Positions 46,720 to 56,630 of a stretch of 64,000 nt of DNA are shown in pieces. Each line of letters begins with the position of its first letter. Positions within the stretch are counted from its first letter, which is position 1. The notes beneath the pieces are model-generated. The model was not told the DNA's origin. It saw only the letters and a list, made by a program, of their open reading frames with translations, and did not search any database. The stretch is from Candidatus Latescibacterota bacterium (GTDB lineage: Bacteria > Latescibacterota > UBA2968 > UBA8231). Made by a program: the position numbers and the translations under genes. Location of the stretch: assembly GCA_965223905.1 (NCBI GenBank), contig CBDCXV010000010.1:896001-960000 (forward strand). Direction: 5' to 3'.

Positions 46720-47589
46720 GTCGTAGTCCTCCGGCTCGTACACGCGCACCCCGCACAGCCTCAGCTCGCGCCAGAAGAAGCGGAACAGGTCGATTTTCGG
46801 GGGATCGGCAAAAATGGCGACGACGACGATGCGACCGCGCGTGCGCACCAACTCCGTCATCACCCGGGCCCCCTCCTGGGTGCCGGAGACCTCGAACAGC
46901 ACGTCGGCGCCACCCGGGCTGTGCTCCTCCACGGCCCCGGCGAGATCGCGGGCGCGCGGGTCCACCGTCTCGAAACCGAGATCGCGGGCGAACTGCACCC
47001 GGTACGGGTTGACCTCGGCCAGCAGCACCTCGGCCCCGGCGTGGCGGCAGACCAGGGCTACCAGGGTTCCGATCGGGCCGCCGCCGATGACGACCGCCCG
47101 CTCCCCCGGTTTCACCTCGCCGAGACGGACGTCGTGGCAGGCCACGGCCAGCGGCTCGATCAGGGCCGCCAGCTCCATCGAGATGCCCTCGGGCAGCCGG
47201 TGCAGGGTGTGCGCCGGCACCGTCCAGGAGGCCTGGAAGGCCCCGGGGCTGTCGATGCCTATGAAGTTGAGATTCTGGCAGATGTGCTCGTGGCCGCGGC
47301 GGCAGGCCGGGCAGCCATGGCACGGCTCCAGCGGGCGCACGACGACCCCGTCCCCCGCGGCCCAGCCGCCGACCCCGGGACCGGTCTCGGCGATCGTCCC
47401 GGACATCTCGTGACCGATCACCAGCGGCGTGCTCACGCGCTGATCCATGTGGCCCTGGAAGATGTGCAGGTCGGTCCCGCACACGCCGCACCAGGCGACG
47501 TCGACGCGGACCTGTCCGGCCCCCGGGGCCACCGGCTCACACGGCCCCACTCCGATCTTCTTGCCGCCCTCGTAGAACGCCGCTTTCAC
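46720..47589 (-). pseudogene. 5' part of a Zn-dependent alcohol/sugar dehydrogenase
   Basis: GVCGTD, GHE, CHGCPACRRG..HIC, GGGPIG; native frame ends at VYEPEDYD at the TSD. Confidence 0.93.
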
Positions 47590-47751
47590 GGTTGCCCCTC
47601 TCCTTGCGAAACCCCTGCGGCGACTCCGCGCCGCCGCAGGGGCAGATAATAGCGACGACGCCAGATGGTCTCAATCGGGACCCGGGTCCCTGGGGACCCG
47701 GCAGGTTGCGGCCCCTGTCCTGCTGCCGCAGCCGGTCCGCAGGGCAGGTAC

Positions 47752-47786
47752 AAAAAAAACAGGGGGCAACCAAGGTTGCCCCCTGT
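47752..47786 (-). terminator. Intrinsic terminator
   Basis: ACAGGGGGCAACC-TT-GGTTGCCCCCTGT followed by a T-run on the minus strand. Confidence 0.85.
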
Positions 47787-48050
47787 CAGGGAAAAGAAGC
47801 CGGACGGGGGAGAAAATGTCCGTCCGGCGAAGGGCATCCGGCACGAGGCGACCCTGCCGGACGCCCACCACCCGTTTCCGGGTGGAATCGGCGCCAGGAT
47901 CGCTCCCGGCGTCGATGTGGGGATGGGCAAATCCTACGAAGCGGACCGGTGAAAGTCAAGCAAAAGAAAGGCCGACAGGATCGCCTCTGTCCTGCCGGCC
48001 CGGAACAAAGCTCGGCACCCGAAAGGGTGACTGGCTTTATGTTTGGAACA
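47752..48050 (-). ncRNA. Candidate ~300-nt structured RNA of unrecognised family
   Basis: Own promoter and terminator, at least six hairpins, GCGA and GAAA tetraloops, G-U pairs, complementary loops GAGGCGA/TCGCCTC. Confidence 0.72.
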
Positions 48051-48055
48051 GCCCA

Positions 48056-48084
48056 ATACTACTTGCATCCCGCTTTCTTGTCAA
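48056..48084 (-). promoter_or_regulatory. sigma70-type promoter
   Basis: TTGACA(48084-48079)-17 nt-TAGTAT(48061-48056). Confidence 0.75.
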
Positions 48085-48146
48085 GCGAAAATCTAGGCCT
48101 AGGTCTTGTTTTTTATGCGGTTGTACCCTGTCGGTTCAAGCTGGAG

Positions 48147-48779
48147 ATGAGCGGAACCGTCTTCTACATCGGCGATCCGATGTGCTCCTGGTGCTGGGGA
48201 TTCGGCCCCGCCCTCGCCGCGGTCGAGGCGGGGCTGCCGGCTGAAGTCCCCATGCGCTACGTCATGGGCGGCCTGGCCCCCGACTCGGACGAACCGATGG
48301 CGCCGGAGGTGCGCGCCTACGTGCAGGAGAACTGGCGCGCCGTCGAGGCCGGGACCGGGGCTTCCTTCAACTGGGATTTCTGGGAGCGCTGCCTCCCTAG
48401 GCGCTCCACCTACCCCGCCTGCCGGGCGGTCCTCGCCGCCCAGCTGCAGGACGCGGGGCCGGCGATGTTCCGCGCCGTCCAGAGAGCCTACTACACCGAG
48501 GCGCGCAATCCGTCCGACCTCGAGACCCTCACATCCCTGGCCGCGGAACTCGGGCTCGACGCCGCCCGCTTCGAGCGGGATATCGCCTCCCCCGAGGTCG
48601 AAGCGCTGCTGCAGCGGGACTTCGAGACGCGCCGCCGGCTGGGAGTCCGCGAGTTTCCCACCCTGCTGATCGAATCCCCGGCAGGCTCCGGGAAGAAGGT
48701 CCTGCTCGCCCGCGGCTGGGCGGAGCCCCGCGCCGTCCTCGCCGCCCTCCGCAGGGCCCTGGGCGCCGCGGCTGACTGA
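48147..48779 (+). CDS. DsbA-family (FrnE-like) thioredoxin-fold protein
   Basis: DPMCSWCWGF, RRSTYPACRAV, GVREFPTL. Confidence 0.9.
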   Translation: MSGTVFYIGDPMCSWCWGFGPALAAVEAGLPAEVPMRYVMGGLAPDSDEPMAPEVRAYVQENWRAVEAGTGASFNWDFWERCLPRRSTYPACRAVLAAQLQDAGPAMFRAVQRAYYTEARNPSDLETLTSLAAELGLDAARFERDIASPEVEALLQRDFETRRRLGVREFPTLLIESPAGSGKKVLLARGWAEPRAVLAALRRALGAAAD

Positions 48780-48966
48780 GGGGCCGCGGCGGCTTATGTT
48801 CCCCTCCCGCCGCCAGCGGCAGGGCGCATCCGCGCTCCGCCCCTCCGGCGGGCCGGTCTCAGCACTGAGCCGCCACCCGGTCCGGATCGACCTGGTCGGC
48901 ACCGGTCGTTCGGCCTCGCCTACAGGGGGGGTTCCCAAGGCTGGCGAATTCTCCGGGAGTGGAGAG

Positions 48967-49956
48967 ATGAGCTCTGAAAGATTCCTGATCACCGGCGCCT
49001 ACGGCTGCGTCGGAGCCTGGGCCGCGCGCCTCCTGGTCGCCGAGGGGGTCCCGGTCTGGACCTACGACCTGGGCGGCGACCCGCATCGCCTGCGCCTGGT
49101 GATGGGGAACGACGAGATGGCCGCGGTCCACCTCGATACCGGCGACATCACCGACGCGGCCGCCTTCGACCGCGTCGTCGCCGACAACGGCATCACCCAC
49201 ATCGTTCACCTCGCCGCCCTGCAGGTCCCCTTGGTGCGCGCCGACCCGGTGGCCGGGGCCGCGGTCAACGTCGTCGGCACGACGGTCGTCCTCGAAACCG
49301 CCAGGCGCCGCGCCGACCAGGTGCGCGGCGTCGCCTTCGCCAGCTCCTTCGGAGTGTACGGCGACCCCGGGAACTACCCGCCCGGACCGATCGCCCACGA
49401 CGCGCCGCTGACGCCGCCGACCTTGTACGGGGTCTTCAAGCAGGCGAACGAGGGGACCGCGGCGGTGTACTGGCGCGAGAACGGGTTGCCGTCGATCGGG
49501 CTGAGACCCTGCGTCGTCTACGGCCCCGGCAGGGACCAAGGCTGGACCTCGACGCCGACCAAGGCGATGCTCGCCGCGGCGCTCGGCCGCGACTACCGCA
49601 TCACCTACGGGGGAACCCTCGTCTACCACCACGCCGAGGACGTCGCCGCGGCGATGATCCTGGGGGCGCGCACCCGGCTCGAAGGGGCGCCGGTCTACAA
49701 CCTCGGGGGCAGCACCGCCCACATGCGGGATATCGTCGCCGCCATCGAGGAGGCGGTGCCCGACGCCAGGGGCAGGATCAGCTTCGATCCTGCTGCCCTG
49801 CCCCATCCCTCCGAAGTCGACGACTCGCAGCTCAGCGCCGACATCCCCGGCATCCGCTGGCGCTCCCTCGGCGACGGGGTGCGCGACTCGGTCGAGCTCT
49901 TCCGCAGGGCGGTTGCCGCCGGCCGCATCGACGTCGAGCGCGCCCTCTCCCAGTAG
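48967..49956 (+). CDS. NAD-dependent epimerase/dehydratase
   Basis: ITGAYGCVG, HLAALQ, ASS, YGVFK, VVYGPG. Confidence 0.9.
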   Translation: MSSERFLITGAYGCVGAWAARLLVAEGVPVWTYDLGGDPHRLRLVMGNDEMAAVHLDTGDITDAAAFDRVVADNGITHIVHLAALQVPLVRADPVAGAAVNVVGTTVVLETARRRADQVRGVAFASSFGVYGDPGNYPPGPIAHDAPLTPPTLYGVFKQANEGTAAVYWRENGLPSIGLRPCVVYGPGRDQGWTSTPTKAMLAAALGRDYRITYGGTLVYHHAEDVAAAMILGARTRLEGAPVYNLGGSTAHMRDIVAAIEEAVPDARGRISFDPAALPHPSEVDDSQLSADIPGIRWRSLGDGVRDSVELFRRAVAAGRIDVERALSQ

Positions 49957-49968
49957 GCCCCCCGGCTT

Positions 49969-50847
49969 TCAGTCCGTTGCGATCTTGTAGGAGGTCCGCC
50001 CGATCACCTCGTGATCCGAGGCTCGCGCCCGCTCCAGGGCGCGCCCGGTGACCGGGAAGTAGTAGCGGGTTTCCGCCGACATCTTGATGAACCCCTCGGC
50101 GTAGGCGCAGCCCCCCGCCTGCCCGAAGGCGCCGTCGGTGGTTTCGATCCGCTTGCGCGCGTAGGCGCCGCCGTACCCCTGGCTGACCAGGGCGTCGAGG
50201 GCGGCCAGCTTCTTGTCGACGACGTCGGTGATGTCGATGAACAAGTCGTTATAGTACCCCCCTTCGGAGCCCCAGACGTCGCGCGGCAGGGAAGCGCCCC
50301 CGCAGCCGAAGAAGAAGACCTGGGCCACCTTGTGGGGCGGCCGCCGGTCCCCCGGGTCGACGCCGGCGGCGTGGGACAGCGCGTGCAGGACGATCTGCCC
50401 GGCGGTGGCGTGGGCGTTCGTTTTGCCGTCCCCCTCCCGGGGAAAGTGGGTCAGCACGACATCGGGTTTGAGCTCCCGGACCAAGCGGGCCACAGTCCGC
50501 ACCGACTCCTCGGTCACCATCAGCACGGCGTCGTCGATCCCGAGGAAGCGGACCTCCTCGACCCCGAGAGAGCGGCAGGCCCGGCGCACCTCCTCCGCCT
50601 TGACCTCGGAGCGCTCCGCCATCAACTGCTTCAGGTCCTCGGCCTCGGGGACCTCTTCGCGGTGGAACATCTCGTCGCTGACCACGGCGTCGTGCACGCG
50701 GGCGCCGTGGGTCAGGACCACGCATCCCACCCAGTCGCCGCGCGCCGCGTGGTGGGCCATGGCGCCCCCGGACTGGTCGAAGATGTCGGCCGGGTGGGCG
50801 CCGATCGACAGGATGCGCAGGGGTTCGGCCTTCTTGTCGGCGCTCAT
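49969..50847 (-). CDS. PIG-L family deacetylase-like protein
   Basis: IGAHPAD, LTHG, KPDVVLTH, IDITDVVDKKLAAL..SQ. Confidence 0.8.
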   Translation of the reverse strand: MSADKKAEPLRILSIGAHPADIFDQSGGAMAHHAARGDWVGCVVLTHGARVHDAVVSDEMFHREEVPEAEDLKQLMAERSEVKAEEVRRACRSLGVEEVRFLGIDDAVLMVTEESVRTVARLVRELKPDVVLTHFPREGDGKTNAHATAGQIVLHALSHAAGVDPGDRRPPHKVAQVFFFGCGGASLPRDVWGSEGGYYNDLFIDITDVVDKKLAALDALVSQGYGGAYARKRIETTDGAFGQAGGCAYAEGFIKMSAETRYYFPVTGRALERARASDHEVIGRTSYKIATD

Positions 50848-51830
50848 GACCGCTCCAGGGGAATCGGGATGCGGACGTTGCCCCGGACCTGCGACTGCAG
50901 GCAGGCGAGCATCATCTCGACCACCGCCAGGCCGTCGCGGCCCGTGCAGGAGAGCTCCCCCTCGCCGTCGAGAACGCGGACCAGCTCATGGACCCCCGCC
51001 TGGATCTCCTTCACCTCCCACTGCGGCGCCGCAACCGGTTCGCGTCGCTCGCCGCGGTCGAGGAAGGCGTTCTCCCCCGCGATCAGGAGGCGCCCCTCCG
51101 TGCCGCTTACCGTGAACTCGGTCCGCCGCTGGGCCCGCTTGTCCCCCTGGTACACCCCGCGCACTCCGTTGTCGAAGCGAATCAGGGCGTTGGCGCTCGG
51201 TTCGGTGGCCGGATCGTGGCCGCCGTCCCCGCGGTACTCGCCGTAACCCTCGTACCCGTCCTCGAGCTCGGCGACGACCCACTGCGGGCGGCCGCCGGCG
51301 AACCACATGATGGCGTCGAGCATGTGAGTGCCGTTGCGGAACAGCATCGAGCGGGCGCTGTGGAACAGCAGCACGACGCTGCGCACCTCCCCTATGGCTC
51401 CGTCGGCGACCAGTTCGTGGCAGCGGTGCCAGAGGGGGTACCAATGGCGCGTGTGGTCGACGGACAGCAGGGTTCCGTTGGCCTCCGCGGCGGCGACCAT
51501 GCGGTCGGCATCCTCCAGCGTGGTCGCCAGCGGCTTCTCGCAGAAGATCCCCTTCACCCCCGCTTCGGCCGCGTCCACGGCCATGTTCGCGTGGGCGTTG
51601 TCCCCGGTTGCTATGGTGACGATGTCGGGCTTCGCCTTGTCGAGCATCTCGCGGTAGTCGCCGTACATCTCCAGGCCGGGATTCGTCGGCCGGAACTCCT
51701 CCTCGAAGCTTCGCCGCTGCTCTTCGACGAGGTCGCAACCGGCCACCACCTCGGCGTTGGCCAGCCCGTCCGCGCCCTGGGCGTGGCGGTTGCCGATCCC
51801 CCTGCAGCCGATGACTCCTACTCTGTACAT
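50844..51830 (-). CDS. Gfo/Idh/MocA oxidoreductase
   Basis: RVGVIGCRGIG, IFCEKP, NGTHMLD. Confidence 0.92.
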   Translation of the reverse strand: MYRVGVIGCRGIGNRHAQGADGLANAEVVAGCDLVEEQRRSFEEEFRPTNPGLEMYGDYREMLDKAKPDIVTIATGDNAHANMAVDAAEAGVKGIFCEKPLATTLEDADRMVAAAEANGTLLSVDHTRHWYPLWHRCHELVADGAIGEVRSVVLLFHSARSMLFRNGTHMLDAIMWFAGGRPQWVVAELEDGYEGYGEYRGDGGHDPATEPSANALIRFDNGVRGVYQGDKRAQRRTEFTVSGTEGRLLIAGENAFLDRGERREPVAAPQWEVKEIQAGVHELVRVLDGEGELSCTGRDGLAVVEMMLACLQSQVRGNVRIPIPLERS

Positions 51831-52102
51831 GGTCTCTCTCCTTTGCTGTGTGCGGCGAAACCGCCGGTCGCGGCGCCGCGGTTGATTTGGCTCACTCTTC
51901 GAGTCTGCTGCCGGTCATCCCCCCGACGCCGGTTTCGTCCACCGTCCCGGCCGACATCGGGAAAGACCCACATGGATGCCCATCCTGCCTGCCGCCGACG
52001 TACTTTTCCGACCATGAAAGATGGCCATATCCGGCTGCCGAGGGGCTCTCGTTCGCACCTCACGTACCCACTCATGCCCCCGCAGCCGCGGACTGCTCTG
52101 CC

Positions 52103-54484
52103 TCACTCTCTTTCAAAACCACTTCCACCACCGGCTTCCAGGCGGTCGAGCTCTGCCAGCAGCTGCCGCCGCGCTTCCATGAACTCGCCCGGATCCGCGG
52201 TGAAGTCCGTGAGCGAGCCCATCAGCCGGTCGCACAGCCTCCGGCCCGCGGCGCCGGCGTCCCCCTTCCGCAGGCTCAGCATCTGCAGCAGCTCGAAATC
52301 CTCGATGCCGTCGCGGACGTTCTCGAACCGGAGCGACGACACCGGGCCGTTCTCCCCTGCATATATCAGGCAACCGTCGCCGTTGGCGGTCCCGAACGAG
52401 GCTGGATTCCAGCCGGTCCTGTTCGATCCCGGGGCAGTGCGCAGCGGCGCCTCCTGGTTGGGCCAGCGGTTGAGGGTGTAGTAGAGAAACCCGGTCACCC
52501 CCCGGCGCCAGGTCATCCACCAGAGCAGCCGCGCCTCGAGCAGCGGGTACTCGATGAACCAGTTGGCGAACGGATGCGTGGGCCCGATGCAGATGTACCA
52601 CCAGACCTCCTTTCCCCGGGCGCGCGCGGCCGCGGCCGCTCCCTCGTCGTAGAACGCCGTCAGCGGCACCCAGATATCGACGACGTCGTCGAGGCCGCTC
52701 TCCAGGCCGTAGCTCGGGTCCTTTGCCGTCGTCGCCGTCTTCACGTCCGGGAAGCGCTGTTTCATGTACCCGAAAGCCCCCCGGAGATTCTCGAAATCCG
52801 CGACCGTCGCCTCGTCGAAGCCGTAGATGAAGGCCCGCGGCAGCAGCCCCCGGGAGCGCAGGAACCGCACCGTCGGTTCCAGGCTGTCGGCTATGGCCGC
52901 CAGCTCCTGCTCGGTGTAGTCGCCGGTTCGCAGGTTGACGAGGTTGGCGGCGTTCAACTGGCGGCGCGCCGCCAGCTCCACCAGCTCCGGACCGTCCGGC
53001 GGCGAGCGGCGGTACAGATGGGTGACGTTGAGCCGGTGCGCGGCGATGAAGTCGCGGAATTGTAGGTAAATCGCCTGCCCGCGGCGACTGCGGCGCCCCT
53101 CCCGGAACTCCGTTCCGTACACCTTCTCGAGCATGTTTTCATAGAGCGAGAAGGCGGTGCGGACGGTCGTCGAATCGGGCAGCACCGGATGGTGCACGGT
53201 CACCTGCAGGGGAACGGAGCCGGCCGGTTGCCCGTCCGCGGAGATCTCGACGGCACCGCGGTACACCCCCGGCGCCGTCGTATCCGAGGTCGCAAACGAC
53301 AGCCAGAGCGGCGTCGCCTCCCCTGCCCTGGCGGCGACCCTGGATACCGGCAGCAGGGGATCCGGCCACCAGCCGGCGAAATCGACGGCGTACTCCTCGG
53401 GGGCCTTCGTTTTCACGTACCCCACCAGGTCGATGCGGCAGCCCCCGGAAGGAAAGAGGGTCTGGCCGTCGGCGTGGAGCAGCTTGCCCACCGCTGCCTT
53501 CAGCTCCGCCTGCCCCCGGCTCAGCAGCACCAGCTGCGCCGATTCCCGCTCGTTTCCCGCCAGGTCGACGCGCAGCGGCGGGGCGCCTTCCGCGGGCGGG
53601 AACTCGTACACCTCCCGACCGATGCCGGGCCAGCTGTGCAGGAACAGCTTCTCCACCGAACTCGCCGCCCAGGCGGCCAGCAGCGGGCGTCCGGAAACCG
53701 GGCGCGCCCTCACCTCTCCGAGTGGGTTCTCGATCACCTGCCCCCCGGCGCTGTCCGCGGCCTCCAGCCACACCGTGTAGGTCTGGGGCGAAGCCTCGGG
53801 GGCCGGCTCCCACTCGTACTCGATCTCCGTGTCGCGGGCGCGGGAGTACCCTGCCGGCACTCCCCGCTCATCGCGGACGACGACCTCGATCGCCGCCCGG
53901 CGGTTGAATTTCGCGGCGACGCGCAGCCTCCCCGATGCCAGGGGATCGCGGCTCGCTTCGAGCTTGAGAAGCTCGAGCGGCCCGGCTTCGAGGCGGATGT
54001 CGTCGATCAGGAGGGCGCGGTCCCGGGAGGGCTGCCTCATGTACAGGTCGATCAAGCGCACGCGGCGGGTGTCGATCTCGCCGCCGATACCGGCGACGGA
54101 GACGGCGCAGGTGGTGGTGGTATCGGCGGAAACCGCGAGGATGCGGACGGCGCGGCGCCCCTCGGCGTCGTCGATGCGCAGCCTGAGATGGGCGGTTCCG
54201 CCGAGCTGCGACCGCGCCTCGAACTTCAGCGAGGAGAAGACGCTCCAGTCGCCGTCCCGGAATTCCCCGTCGCCGAAATGCAGGCGCGCCGAGGGCCACT
54301 TGCCGGCCCCCCGGGTCCAGCGGGGATACTGGATTCGGGCCGCGGACCCGGGGCCGGGATCCGCCGCCACGAGGTCCAGGCTCGCCTGGCGCAGCCGCCA
54401 ATGGCCGGCGCCGCGGTCGAAATCCTCCAGGACGCGGACGCGATCAGCCGGAGCGGAGGCCGCGGCGACAGCAAAGCCGAGCAT
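52103..54484 (-). CDS. DUF4091/GH123-like glycoside hydrolase with N-terminal beta-sandwich domains
   Basis: NERESAQL, WPDPLLP, YGFDE, VWWYIC, GFLYY, GDGCLIY, SSLRFENVRDGIEDFELL; start uncertain (ORF open to 54652). Confidence 0.78.
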   Translation of the reverse strand: MLGFAVAAASAPADRVRVLEDFDRGAGHWRLRQASLDLVAADPGPGSAARIQYPRWTRGAGKWPSARLHFGDGEFRDGDWSVFSSLKFEARSQLGGTAHLRLRIDDAEGRRAVRILAVSADTTTTCAVSVAGIGGEIDTRRVRLIDLYMRQPSRDRALLIDDIRLEAGPLELLKLEASRDPLASGRLRVAAKFNRRAAIEVVVRDERGVPAGYSRARDTEIEYEWEPAPEASPQTYTVWLEAADSAGGQVIENPLGEVRARPVSGRPLLAAWAASSVEKLFLHSWPGIGREVYEFPPAEGAPPLRVDLAGNERESAQLVLLSRGQAELKAAVGKLLHADGQTLFPSGGCRIDLVGYVKTKAPEEYAVDFAGWWPDPLLPVSRVAARAGEATPLWLSFATSDTTAPGVYRGAVEISADGQPAGSVPLQVTVHHPVLPDSTTVRTAFSLYENMLEKVYGTEFREGRRSRRGQAIYLQFRDFIAAHRLNVTHLYRRSPPDGPELVELAARRQLNAANLVNLRTGDYTEQELAAIADSLEPTVRFLRSRGLLPRAFIYGFDEATVADFENLRGAFGYMKQRFPDVKTATTAKDPSYGLESGLDDVVDIWVPLTAFYDEGAAAAARARGKEVWWYICIGPTHPFANWFIEYPLLEARLLWWMTWRRGVTGFLYYTLNRWPNQEAPLRTAPGSNRTGWNPASFGTANGDGCLIYAGENGPVSSLRFENVRDGIEDFELLQMLSLRKGDAGAAGRRLCDRLMGSLTDFTADPGEFMEARRQLLAELDRLEAGGGSGFERE

Positions 54485-54774
54485 CAGCGCCGCGACCGCC
54501 CGATTTACCCGATGCGGCAACTCGGACCCGCACCGGAGCAACAAAGATGGACTTCCACATCGAGTCCAGTAATGAAATGAGGAGCAACCTTCTTCGCAGA
54601 CGTCCCGCTGTTTCATTTTGCTCGGCAGGATACCATTCAGGCAGCTGTTCACAGGCGCTGACCGTCTAACATGTTGTTGCCCTCAATACTCCTCATCTTG
54701 AAATTTCCATCAAGACAACCCGTCGATACGGATGGAAAGCCGGCTTTGATGAAGCCCGGCATCCGTCAGGAGCA

Positions 54775-56139
54775 ATGGATATGCTGAACCACCTCAAAAT
54801 CGCAAATTTCAAGGCTTGGAAGGAAGCGGATCTGACGCTCGGAAAAGTAACCGGGTTCTTCGGACCCAACAGCGCCGGAAAGAGCAGCCTTCTCCAGTTT
54901 CTCCTTTTGCTAAAGCAGACCCGAAACGCCACGGACCGAGGCTTGGTCCTCGATTTCGGGGGGCCTGGGGACATGGTGAATCTCGGGACCTTCAAGGACG
55001 TGGTTCACCAACAAGACGAACAGACGCGCATAAGCTGGGACCTCGACTGGACCCTGCCGGAGAAGCTCGAAATAAATGACCCTACGGGACCCAGAGGCAG
55101 CCTGCTGTTCGAAGGCGATCGCCTTCGAACCCAGTGTGAGGTCGGCTTGAGACAGACACGCCTGTGGCCGCACGAGCTGGCCTATCGGTTCGCCGGAGTG
55201 GATTTCAGGCTGCAACCCGAGGATGGCTCGGAAACGGAATTCGATCTGGCCGACACCGTAGAATTCGAGTTCATACGCAACCGGGGCCGTCCCTGGCGGC
55301 TCCCGCATCCGGTAAAGACCTACCGATTTCCCGATGAGACAAGGATCTACTATCAGAACGCGAACTTCCTTGGTGACTTTGAACTTGCCTATGAAAGACT
55401 GATGGATTCCATCTTCTATCTCGGTCCTCTGCGGGAGCATCCCAGGCGGGAGTATCACTGGGGAGGTTCGAGTCCGGAGGATGTCGGGCAGCGGGGGGAA
55501 CGCACCGTAGACGCGATACTGGCCGCTACTCGTGACGGAGAGACGAGGAGTCTCGGTCATCGGAAAAGGAGGAAGTCGTTCCAGGAGATGGTCGCCTATT
55601 GGCTGAACGAGCTTGGGCTGATTCGCGATTTCCGTATCGAGGAGATCGCAGAGGGAACCAATCTGTACCGGGCGATGGTCAGGACTTCCGTGTCGAGCGT
55701 GCCGGTGGCGCTGACCGACGTCGGATTCGGTGTATCCCAGGTTCTGCCGGCCTTGGTCTTGCTCTACTACGTCCCGGAAGGTTCGGCGGTGCTGTTGGAG
55801 CAGCCGGAAATCCATCTCCATCCAGCCGTGCAGAGCGGATTCGCGGATGTCATGTTGAAGGTCGCCGAGACTCGAAGGGTGCAGATCATCCTGGAAAGTC
55901 ACAGCGAGCACCTGATGCGGCGTCTGCAACTCCGGGTGGCTGAAGAGGAAATATCCTCCGACCACGTCAAGCTGTATTTCGTCTCGACGAATCGAGGCGT
56001 GGCGAACGCTTCTGATCTTGCCCTTAACGAGTGGGGCGAGATCGAAAACTGGCCTCACCAGTTCTTTGGCGACGAAATGGGTGAGATCGCGGCGATCACC
56101 AAGGCTTCCTTGAGAAGAAAGATGGAGCAGTCCGCATGA
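54775..56139 (+). CDS. ABC/AAA_15-type ATPase with a C-terminal DUF3696-like domain
   Basis: NFK, GPNSAGKS, YLGPLR, DVGFGVSQ, LLEQPEIHLHP, ESHS, GEIENWP..FF. Confidence 0.88.
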   Translation: MDMLNHLKIANFKAWKEADLTLGKVTGFFGPNSAGKSSLLQFLLLLKQTRNATDRGLVLDFGGPGDMVNLGTFKDVVHQQDEQTRISWDLDWTLPEKLEINDPTGPRGSLLFEGDRLRTQCEVGLRQTRLWPHELAYRFAGVDFRLQPEDGSETEFDLADTVEFEFIRNRGRPWRLPHPVKTYRFPDETRIYYQNANFLGDFELAYERLMDSIFYLGPLREHPRREYHWGGSSPEDVGQRGERTVDAILAATRDGETRSLGHRKRRKSFQEMVAYWLNELGLIRDFRIEEIAEGTNLYRAMVRTSVSSVPVALTDVGFGVSQVLPALVLLYYVPEGSAVLLEQPEIHLHPAVQSGFADVMLKVAETRRVQIILESHSEHLMRRLQLRVAEEEISSDHVKLYFVSTNRGVANASDLALNEWGEIENWPHQFFGDEMGEIAAITKASLRRKMEQSA

Positions 56140-56630
56140 CGGCATTCGTCGTGGATACCAACGTCGCGATAGCCGCGAACGCAAGAGCAACTCACGCCGA
56201 TATGCCATGTCAATCGGTCTGCATAGAGAGGCTGGAACATGTGGTTGAACAAGGGGTTGTAGCCGTCGACGACACGGGTTCCATCCTAGATGAATATGGG
56301 AATCACCTGCAGTTCTCCGGACAGCCGGGGGTGGGCGATGCATTCTTCAAGCACGTATTCGACAACCAGCATCGGGGCGGCCGGGTGCAAAGGGTCGCGG
56401 TGACGCCGTCCGATGACGATCGGAAGGGATTTGAAGAGCTGCCCGACAATACTTTCGACCCGTCGGACCGGAAGTTCCTGGCGGTCGCGGTGGCTGCGGA
56501 GGCTGTTGTTCTGAACGCGACCGACAGCGACTGGGGCGAGCACCAGGCGTTGATGGACGAACTGGAGGTGGATGTCGATCAACTCTGTCCGCAGCACGCC
56601 TTCAGGAATTCCGCGCGGAGCCGCTATTGA
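56136..56630 (+). CDS. PIN-like domain ribonuclease
   Basis: VVDTNV, ILDEY, DPSDRKFLAVA, NATDSDW; ATGA overlap with the ATPase. Confidence 0.78.
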   Translation: MTAFVVDTNVAIAANARATHADMPCQSVCIERLEHVVEQGVVAVDDTGSILDEYGNHLQFSGQPGVGDAFFKHVFDNQHRGGRVQRVAVTPSDDDRKGFEELPDNTFDPSDRKFLAVAVAAEAVVLNATDSDWGEHQALMDELEVDVDQLCPQHAFRNSARSRY

